Assembly (NCBI GenBank): GCA_050115495.1
Contig: JASFQK010000066.1
Span: 1-13,223 of the forward strand
Source: Phycisphaerae bacterium
Lineage (GTDB): Bacteria; Planctomycetota; Phycisphaerae; UBA1845; Fen-1342
Reading direction: 5' to 3'
DNA length: 13,223 nt
A program made the translations under genes and the position numbers. The notes beneath the pieces were generated by a model. That model ran no database searches, was not told the DNA's origin, and worked only from the letters and a program-made list of their open reading frames with translations. The stretch's first letter is position 1; each line of letters opens with the position of its first letter. This document shows, piece after piece, positions 6,482-13,223 of this stretch.

Positions 6482-7435
6482 TTGGCCAGCGGCTGGACCA
6501 TTCTGCATGGCGGAGCGCTGGGCGACCTGGCCCTGACGGTGCACCTTGCCCTGCGTCTGCCGGGGACCGACGCCGGTCTGCACCTCATCTCGCGGAGCCA
6601 TCCGGGCGAGCTGTCGGCGTGCCGGCCGGCGGTGGACCGGCGTGCTGCCGACGGGCTGGGCATGCACTGGCTGTACGCCGAGCATGATGATCCGCCGCCG
6701 GCAGGGCTCGCGGCGGCCGTGCGCGACGCACGCGTGCTCAATGCACTGGGCGATCGGGGATCAAGCGTGCACGAACGGCTCGCCCTGCTCGCGCCGGCGG
6801 AGCTACACAGCTTCGATCCGCGACCGCGGCCGGGCCTGCAACGCCACATTCTGCAACAGTGGCAGACCGACCTCGAAGCCGGCGGATTGCTCGTCCCGAA
6901 GTGCATCCACCACCGACCGGGGCAGCGCAGCCTCGGCGTGCCCGAGAGCCTGCGTCAACGCGGCCGACGGGTTCTGGCCGACGCCGACGCCGGCGGCGAG
7001 GTCGTTGTCGTGCATCCCGGCAGCGGCGGGCGGCGGAAATGTTGGCCGCTGGCGAACTTTGTTCGCGTCGCGCGCCGGCTGCGCGAATCTGGCCGTGGCG
7101 TGTGCCTGCTGTTAGGGCCGACCGAAGTGGAGTGGTGGTCCGATACGGATTTGAACGCCCTCGCCGACGAGTTCCCCACACTACGTCTGCCCGAGCCGGA
7201 CGTGCTGGCCGCAGCGCTGGCGGCGGCGCGGGCGGTCGTGGCCAACGATTCGGGTCCGGCGCACCTGGCGGCCCTGCTCGGCACACCAACGGTGGCGATC
7301 TTCGGCCCGACGTCGCCGGCGGTGTGGCAGCCGGTGGGCCGCGCGGTGCACGTGCTGCGGGGCGACGCCGAGGTGCGGCCGGATAACTGGGGCCTGGACG
7401 CCGAGCGCGTCGTCGCGCTGGCCTGCGGGGGTTGA
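6482..7435 (+). CDS. Glycosyltransferase family 9 (ADP-heptose:LPS heptosyltransferase-like)
   Basis: GALGD, VVHPGSGGRRKCWP, NDSGPAHLAALLGTPTVAIFGPT motifs. Probable TTG start at 6482, 2 nt after the upstream stop; exact start uncertain. Confidence 0.85.
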   Translation: MASGWTILHGGALGDLALTVHLALRLPGTDAGLHLISRSHPGELSACRPAVDRRAADGLGMHWLYAEHDDPPPAGLAAAVRDARVLNALGDRGSSVHERLALLAPAELHSFDPRPRPGLQRHILQQWQTDLEAGGLLVPKCIHHRPGQRSLGVPESLRQRGRRVLADADAGGEVVVVHPGSGGRRKCWPLANFVRVARRLRESGRGVCLLLGPTEVEWWSDTDLNALADEFPTLRLPEPDVLAAALAAARAVVANDSGPAHLAALLGTPTVAIFGPTSPAVWQPVGRAVHVLRGDAEVRPDNWGLDAERVVALACGG

Positions 7436-7445
7436 GTCGGCGGAT

Positions 7446-7474
7446 TTGCGACCGGCCGCCGCACACCCTACGAT
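7446..7474 (+). promoter_or_regulatory. Sigma70-type promoter for the MBL ribonuclease gene
   Basis: TTGCGA (7446-7451), 17 nt, TACGAT (7469-7474); GGAGG RBS follows. Confidence 0.55.
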
Positions 7475-7501
7475 GCTCCACGCTAACTGGAGGTACAGCG
7501 C

Positions 7502-8902
7502 ATGGCGGAGATTCTGTTTCACGGCGCCGCGGGAGAAGTCACCGGCTCGATGCACATGGTGCGAATCGACGACCACTGGGTCGCCCTCGATTGCGGCATG
7601 TACCAGGGCAAACGAGCCGAATCCGAGGCGAAGAACCGCGAGTGGCCGGTGCCGCCGAAGGAGATCGCCGCCGTCGTCCTCTCGCACGCCCATATCGACC
7701 ACTCGGGCCGGCTGCCGCTGCTGGTCAAGGACGGCTTCGAGGGGCCGATCTACTGCACGCCGGCAACACGCGACCTGTGTGCAATCATGCTGCCCGACTC
7801 AGCACATATACAAGAGGAAGACGTCTACTACGTGAACAAGCGGCGGAAGAAGAAAGGCCTCCCGCCGATCGAAGCCCTGTACACGTACGACCACGCCCTG
7901 GCGGCGATCGGGCTGATCCAGACCGTGTCGTACCGCAATTGGTTCCAGGTCGTGCCGGGGCTGCTGGCCCGCTTCCAGGACGCCGGACACATGCTCGGCT
8001 CAGCGGGCGTGCGCCTGGAGTTCGGTAAGCGCAACGGACATACGCCCTCGCTCTATTACAGCGGCGACGTCGGCCGGCCGGACAAGCCGATCATCCGCGA
8101 CCCGGCGGAGTTTCCGCAGGACCGGACGGTCTTGTGCGAAACGACCTATGGCGGCCGCACCAGCGAGCACGTCATGGCGGCGAAGGAGCACTTCGTCGAC
8201 ATCGTGAAGCGGACGATCGAGCGCGGCGGAAAGCTCATCATTCCGTCATTCGCCGTCGGCCGCACGCAGACGATCGTCTACTTCCTGCACGAGCTGATGA
8301 TCACCGGCGACATCCCGCGCATCCCGGTGTTCGTGGACAGCCCGCTGGCGGTGAACGCCACCGAGGTGTTCAAGATGCACCCGGAGTGCTACGACAGCGA
8401 GGCGCGAGCGTTCCACCGGGTCACCGGGGACATTCTCGGCGGCGGATGCTGCACGTACGTGCGCAGCGTCGACGAGTCGAAGGCCCTGAACCGCCGGCGC
8501 AACCCGTGCGTGATCATCTCCGCCAGCGGGATGTGCGAGGCGGGCCGCATCCGCCATCACATCAAGAACAACATCACCAAGGCCCGCAACACGATCCTCA
8601 TCCCCGGCTACCAGGCGGCGAACACACTTGGTCGGCGGCTGGTCGAGGGCGTCAAAGAGATCACGCTGTTCCACGAGAAGTATCCGGTCGAGGCAGAAGT
8701 CGTGCAGATCCACGGTTTCAGCGGCCACGCCGACCAGGACGACCTGCTCGAGCACTTCCGCGTCCGCCGGCACGACATCAAGCGCGTGCTGCTGGTGCAC
8801 GGTGAGCCGGACCAGTCGCAGGCCTTCGCGCAGAAGCTCGACGAGCTGGGCATCAAGGACGTGCACATCGCCCAGCGCGGGCAGACGATCGAGGTGCAGT
8901 AG
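7502..8902 (+). CDS. Metallo-beta-lactamase fold beta-CASP ribonuclease (YSH1/CPSF73-like)
   Basis: GAAGEVTGS, LDCG, SHAHIDHSG, AGHMLGS, YSGD, ETTYG, FAVGRTQ, SASGMCEAGRIRHH, FSGHAD, LVHGE. Confidence 0.93.
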   Translation: MAEILFHGAAGEVTGSMHMVRIDDHWVALDCGMYQGKRAESEAKNREWPVPPKEIAAVVLSHAHIDHSGRLPLLVKDGFEGPIYCTPATRDLCAIMLPDSAHIQEEDVYYVNKRRKKKGLPPIEALYTYDHALAAIGLIQTVSYRNWFQVVPGLLARFQDAGHMLGSAGVRLEFGKRNGHTPSLYYSGDVGRPDKPIIRDPAEFPQDRTVLCETTYGGRTSEHVMAAKEHFVDIVKRTIERGGKLIIPSFAVGRTQTIVYFLHELMITGDIPRIPVFVDSPLAVNATEVFKMHPECYDSEARAFHRVTGDILGGGCCTYVRSVDESKALNRRRNPCVIISASGMCEAGRIRHHIKNNITKARNTILIPGYQAANTLGRRLVEGVKEITLFHEKYPVEAEVVQIHGFSGHADQDDLLEHFRVRRHDIKRVLLVHGEPDQSQAFAQKLDELGIKDVHIAQRGQTIEVQ

Positions 8903-8913
8903 GCACCGGTCGA

Positions 8914-10773
8914 TCAGCTCAGTCGATGGGCGAGCAGCTTCTCCAGGCTCAGTTCGAGCACGGAGACGGGGTGCTTCAACCCGTAACTCTCCAGCACCTC
9001 CGGGTGCACCTCACCCATCATGCCGATCTGCCGGCCGTCGGTGTCGGTCAGGGCAGCGGCGCGACCGGGGATGAAGCTGGGGTGATCGAGGGCCGCGATG
9101 CGACATTCGCCGGCCATCTCGTGCGTAAACGCGTCGGCGACCGCACGGATGTCGGCGTAACCCACGTGCGTGCCGATCATCGCCGCCGCCAGCAGCCGCT
9201 CTTCGCGAGCGCCGGTCTCGGTCTGCTCGTCGACGTAGCAGCAGTCGCCGACTTCGAAGAGGTACTGCGGCAGATCGTACTGCTTGTTGATGGCCAGTGT
9301 TTCGAGCAACCCCGGCAGAATCGACACGCGGCAGATGGTCTGCTCGGTGCTGACGGGGTTGTCAATGCGGACGGCTTGCGGGTGCGGCGGTGTGCGCCAT
9401 TTCTCGAAAGCCGCCGGCTCGCTGGTTAAAACGAGCGTGATGACCTGGTGGAAGCCGAGGCCGGTCATGATCCTGCGGGCGGTCGCCGACTCTTCCTCGA
9501 TGGGCCGCGGAGCGCCGACCGTGAAGGTCGGCACAAGGGATGGCGTGAGGTTGTCGTAGCCGTAGGCGATCGCGGCGTCTTCCATGAGATCGACCGGGTG
9601 CATCACGTCGTTGCGGTAGGCGGGGACGAGGACGCTGATGCGTTCCGCACCACCGGCTTCATCAACGCCGTGGCCCATCGATTCGAGCAGCTCGGCTAAC
9701 TGGGCCGTGTTCAGATCGGTGCCGATGGTGGCCGCCGCCTCGGCGACGTCAACGGTCATCTCGGTCGGGGCGAGTTCCGGTGTGATGCGCACACCGTCCG
9801 GAGCCTCGATCATGACGCACTCAATCTGAATCTCGGGCATGATCTCCTTGAGGCTGGTGACCATGATGTTCAGGGCCCGATCGACCGTGCGCTGCGACAG
9901 GCCGGTGACGTCGATGAAGAACTGCCGCGTGTTCATCGTGACGCGGGTCGATTCGCTGTTGATGATCGGCGGCATGGACAGGACGGTGCCCTCGCCGTCA
10001 CGCAGCAGCGGGTACTTCTTCAGCGGCTTCAGCAGATGGGCGTAGGCCTGGCCAGTCTTGTGCTGGGCCAGGATCTCCGCGGGCGTGATCGCGCTATTGG
10101 GGTTATCCGGCGGGAAGCCGAGCGGGACGAAGGTGAGCTCGTCCGGAGCGACGGCGTCGTAGTGGAAGACTTCGCCACGCAGCGTATCCAGGTCGTACAC
10201 ACCAATCGACGCGAGTTTGCGGTCGCGGCCGAGGGCCCAGTGCAGATCCTCCTGGAGGTTCATGACCATCTTGATCGAGTTGTGGTCGAGCTGAACGCCG
10301 CGAACGACGGCACAGGAGATGTACGGCCGCCAGCTGTCCTCGTTGGAAAGCTGCGGATCGACCTGCACGCGGAGGCGGGCGGCGGACAGAGGATAATCGA
10401 CCAGACCGGTCTGCACGCCGAGGTAGCCGCGGATGTAGCGGGCCATTCCGCCGGGATCGAAGATGTCCGGGCGGACGGCGAGCATGTCGAGGCGGAGGAC
10501 GGTGTTCGGGCCGAGGCCGTCCAGCGAGTCCGGGTCGTCGCGGAAATCGGCGCCGCAATTGGAGCAGTTCAGCGGGGCGCCCTGTGCCTCGGTGCGGTCG
10601 TAGATCTTCCCGCAAACGCGGCAGAGGAACTGCTGCGTTTCGGCGACCTCGGCGACCTCGCAGCCCATCCGCGGCAGCAGTTCGGCGAGTTCCTCGACCT
10701 TCATCCGCGGCGCCCCCTCCCCCTCCGCAATCCGCGCCAGTAGCATATCAACCGGCATATCTATGATCGGCAC
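8914..10773 (-). CDS. pheT: Phenylalanine-tRNA ligase beta subunit, short archaeal/eukaryotic type
   Basis: RPDI, LHWALGRDRKLASIGVYDLD, VLSMPPIINS, PAYRNDVMHPVDLMEDAAIAYGY, LFEVGD, GEVHPEVL. GTG start at 10773 with GGAGG 7 nt upstream, overlapping the pheS stop; 619 aa. Confidence 0.93.
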   Translation of the reverse strand: MPIIDMPVDMLLARIAEGEGAPRMKVEELAELLPRMGCEVAEVAETQQFLCRVCGKIYDRTEAQGAPLNCSNCGADFRDDPDSLDGLGPNTVLRLDMLAVRPDIFDPGGMARYIRGYLGVQTGLVDYPLSAARLRVQVDPQLSNEDSWRPYISCAVVRGVQLDHNSIKMVMNLQEDLHWALGRDRKLASIGVYDLDTLRGEVFHYDAVAPDELTFVPLGFPPDNPNSAITPAEILAQHKTGQAYAHLLKPLKKYPLLRDGEGTVLSMPPIINSESTRVTMNTRQFFIDVTGLSQRTVDRALNIMVTSLKEIMPEIQIECVMIEAPDGVRITPELAPTEMTVDVAEAAATIGTDLNTAQLAELLESMGHGVDEAGGAERISVLVPAYRNDVMHPVDLMEDAAIAYGYDNLTPSLVPTFTVGAPRPIEEESATARRIMTGLGFHQVITLVLTSEPAAFEKWRTPPHPQAVRIDNPVSTEQTICRVSILPGLLETLAINKQYDLPQYLFEVGDCCYVDEQTETGAREERLLAAAMIGTHVGYADIRAVADAFTHEMAGECRIAALDHPSFIPGRAAALTDTDGRQIGMMGEVHPEVLESYGLKHPVSVLELSLEKLLAHRLS

Positions 10774-12290
10774 AGGGGTTCCTCCCTCAGCCAGGGCATG
10801 GTCGCGAAATAGAGTTCGCTGATGGATTTGAGGCCGTGCGTCATCATCGCCAAGCGTTCGAGGCCAAGGCCCCACGCCAGGATGCGATCGGTGATGCCGA
10901 GCGGCAGCGTCACTTCCGGACGAAAGACGCCGGAGCCGCCCATCTCGACCCAGTCCTTCCGGCTCTCCATGTACAGGTGCACTTCCGCCGACGGCTCCGT
11001 ATACGGGAAGAAGCTCGGCGTGACCTTCACCTTCGGGAAGCCCATCTTCTGATAGAACGCGGTGAGCGTGCCGATCAGCGTCGCCAGGCTCGCCTTCGCA
11101 TCGACGATGATCCCATCGACCTGGTGGAACACGGGCAGATGCTTGTAGTCCACCGTCTCTCGGCGGAACACGGGGCCGATAATGAAGTACTTGCCGGCCC
11201 GGCCTTGCGTGTGGCGGTGCACAGCGCGGCAGGTCGCCGCCGTCGTATGCGTACGCAGCACCGGCCGCGTGGCCAGGTCCCGGCTCCAGCGATACTGCCA
11301 GCCGGTCGAACCCGTCCCGCCGCCGTTCTCGTGCGTCGCCTTGATCCGTTCGACGAGGTCCTCATCCGGCAGCGAGGATCGCTCCGGCCGGGCGACGTAG
11401 AACGTGTCCTGCATATCGCGGGCTGGGTGGTCCTGCGGCTGGAACAGCGCGTCGAAGTCCCAGAAGCTCGACTCGACCCACGGGCTGACGATCTCCTCGA
11501 ACCCCATCTCGAGGAACACCCGGCGAACGCGGTCGAGCGTCCGCTGAAACGCGTGCTCCTTGCCCGGATAGAGCTTCTTCGCCGCCAGCGTGACGTCGTA
11601 GGGCTGAATGTCGACGTTGCGCCACTGCCCGTCGGCGAGGAGATCGGGCGTGAGCTGGGTGACCCGCCGGCGGCCCTGGACGCCGCTGGCCAACAAATCG
11701 CGACCGGCGGGCGTAATCGACACGTCCCGCCGCGTCCGCTGCTTGATCGTAAGGAAGCCCTTGCGCTTGCCGAGCAGCTTCTGGGCATCGGCCACGGGCA
11801 GGCCCTCGGCTTCGAGGTCGGCCCGCGTCGCCACCCGCCCGCCGGCGAGCGCCTTGATCAGCACCTCGTCCGGCTGGGGCTGGTCGGCAGAGCGGCCGCC
11901 CTCTTCGAGGACCAGCAGGTCGCCCTTCTTGCTCGCCCACTGCCGCTGGCCGAGCCAACGGAGCGTCCCGCCCACCTGGCCCGCGTTGAGGCCGCAGTGG
12001 CTCGGCACCTCGGTCAGCGGGCACTGGCCACCCTGGGCTTTCAGCACGTCCAGGACAACCCGCTCGGGCAGCGGGGCCTCGACGAACGCCTCGCCCTCTG
12101 GTCCGAGTCGAAACTCGTCGTAGGGCGCTTCCTCGATGGCGACGTATCCGGCCTGTTGCAGGGTCACGCAGGCGGCGGTGACGGGAGCCTGGTCGAGGCT
12201 CATCTGTTCTGCCAGGTCCGATATCGACATCGGACCGTCGGCCTGCCCGAGGCGCTGCAACACGTCAAAACTGGTTTGCGGTAACTCCAT
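10761..12290 (-). CDS. pheS: Phenylalanine-tRNA ligase alpha subunit, long archaeal/eukaryotic type
   Basis: FDALFQPQDHPARDMQDTF, LRTHTT, VFRRE, FHQVDG, FFPYTEPSAE, GSGVFRPEV, AWGLGLERLAM; 509 aa with a ~200-aa N-terminal extension. Confidence 0.96.
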   Translation of the reverse strand: MELPQTSFDVLQRLGQADGPMSISDLAEQMSLDQAPVTAACVTLQQAGYVAIEEAPYDEFRLGPEGEAFVEAPLPERVVLDVLKAQGGQCPLTEVPSHCGLNAGQVGGTLRWLGQRQWASKKGDLLVLEEGGRSADQPQPDEVLIKALAGGRVATRADLEAEGLPVADAQKLLGKRKGFLTIKQRTRRDVSITPAGRDLLASGVQGRRRVTQLTPDLLADGQWRNVDIQPYDVTLAAKKLYPGKEHAFQRTLDRVRRVFLEMGFEEIVSPWVESSFWDFDALFQPQDHPARDMQDTFYVARPERSSLPDEDLVERIKATHENGGGTGSTGWQYRWSRDLATRPVLRTHTTAATCRAVHRHTQGRAGKYFIIGPVFRRETVDYKHLPVFHQVDGIIVDAKASLATLIGTLTAFYQKMGFPKVKVTPSFFPYTEPSAEVHLYMESRKDWVEMGGSGVFRPEVTLPLGITDRILAWGLGLERLAMMTHGLKSISELYFATMPWLREEPLCRS

Positions 12291-12659
12291 TCCACGTTCC
12301 TCGCTGTGCGGAACACGCCTGTGTATCGCAAGCCGCGCCCGGACTCAACTGCCGGCGGCCCGGATTGGCAGATTTCGGACCCGCCGGGCGTGCGGGTTAT
12401 ATCGGCCTATCGCGTCTGCGGACGTTTTTTCTTTGCCACGCCGGTGGGCGGATCCCATAAACGGTCCGTTCGGTCGGCGCTCAGGGCGGATTGTGGCACG
12501 CTGTCGTCCGCAACGCTCAGAACCGCTCCCGGAAGTCCGACGAACCCCCGCCGAGGTGGCCTAGAATTCGGTGCAACGAGACACAGGTGACGACAGGGTC
12601 GCCTCACCGGTTGTACTCGACCCACAGCCCGGTGAAGTTTCCTGTGGAGGAAAGAAGCC

Positions 12660-12932
12660 ATGGACGAAACGCAGTTCCAGAAGAAGCTAGCCGAGCTGGT
12701 CGCGCAGATCGAGAACCTGCCGGAGGGCGAACGCGAGCGTCTACGCGAGCTCGCCGCCGAGACCAAGCAACGCCACGAAGACATCAAGCGCAGCGTACGG
12801 AGCCTCCAGGAGAACATTGATTTCCTGCGGATGGGCATCAAGTACATGCTGTTCGACCTGGAAGCCACTCGCCGCGAGAACGGTCAGCTCCGCAAGCTGC
12901 TGGAGCGTGACCACGGTAACGATCAGCAGTAA
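12660..12932 (+). CDS. Small coiled-coil hypothetical protein (90 aa)
   Basis: GGAGG RBS, host-like codon usage, heptad pattern. The C-terminal IKYMLFDLEATRREN resembles a planctomycete family as I recall it (not verified). Confidence 0.85.
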   Translation: MDETQFQKKLAELVAQIENLPEGERERLRELAAETKQRHEDIKRSVRSLQENIDFLRMGIKYMLFDLEATRRENGQLRKLLERDHGNDQQ

Positions 12933-13034
12933 CAGGACCCCAAGCCAGCGGCAGACGGCCCTGGCCAGGGGCCGCCAGCCAAGACCCAGCCTCGTACGTT
13001 GTTGTCACTTGCCATGCCTCCTTGTGCGACGACA

Positions 13035-13072
13035 GGTCCCGGCGGTCCGCCGACCGCCGGGTACCTTTTTTT
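13035..13072 (+). terminator. Rho-independent terminator
   Basis: Stem CCCGGCGGTC (13038-13047) / GACCGCCGGG (13052-13061), 4-nt loop, T7 run at 13066-13072. Confidence 0.88.
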
Positions 13073-13096
13073 ATGCCCGCTCGCCAGCGACCACCC

Positions 13097-13223
13097 GTAA
13101 TCCCATGAAAGGCTGCCTCCTGCCGGGAACGGTTATCGTTTCCGGTGGGATTCTCTGGAAGCAGGAGACAGCCATGGGAATGCAGACGAGCGTATCGCAG
13201 ATTGGGATGGACGTCCACCGAAA
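13097..13223 (+). mobile_element. IS110-family element, left end and transposase 5' fragment (copy 2, pointing out of the window)
   Basis: Identical to 1-126 in inverted orientation; 77-nt non-coding end followed by ATG at 13174. Confidence 0.8.
13174..13223 (+). CDS. IS110-family transposase, N-terminal fragment (truncated by window edge)
   Basis: AGGAG RBS at 13163-13167; translation MGMQTSVSQIGMDVHR. Confidence 0.75.
   Translation, partial: MGMQTSVSQIGMDVHR

Noticed and set aside
10774..10875. N-terminal extension of PheT given in the track
   Set aside because: It lies within pheS; the RBS and the MPII start pattern support GTG 10773.
1371..12284. Long antisense or alternate-frame ORFs (e.g. 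1371..2849, 3998..5311, 10836..12284)
   Set aside because: Shadow ORFs expected from GC-rich codon bias opposite well-supported genes; no protein motifs.
12494..12511. Sigma54 promoter at TGGCACG
   Set aside because: No TTGC/GC at the required -12 spacing.
1..13223. CRISPR array, tRNA or rRNA
   Set aside because: No regularly spaced repeats, cloverleaf or rRNA-like sequence seen by eye.

Overview
GC-rich bacterial contig, most likely Planctomycetota (Phycisphaerae-like; this is an inference from gene content and REP-like palindromes). Both ends are the same 126-bp sequence in inverted orientation (1-126 and 13097-13222). It is the left end plus the first codons (MGMQTSVSQIGMDVHR) of an IS110-family transposase, so the window probably runs between two IS copies that broke the assembly. 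The core carries a B12-binding radical SAM enzyme, an orphan GspE/PilB ATPase, mnmA with a repeat-containing in-frame insertion, a small PQQ-type propeller protein, a GT9 glycosyltransferase, a beta-CASP MBL ribonuclease, an archaeal-type pheS-pheT pair with a Zn-ribbon insert in PheT, and a 90-aa coiled-coil gene with a structured 3' tail. The most interesting part is an accessory module at 130-980 on the minus strand. A near-consensus sigma70 promoter precedes a ~200-nt structured leader, a small HNH-like protein and a coupled 90-aa partner. A candidate antisense promoter lies in codons 5-7 of the HNH gene, resembling the symE/SymR layout. This suggests an antisense-RNA-controlled nuclease module.
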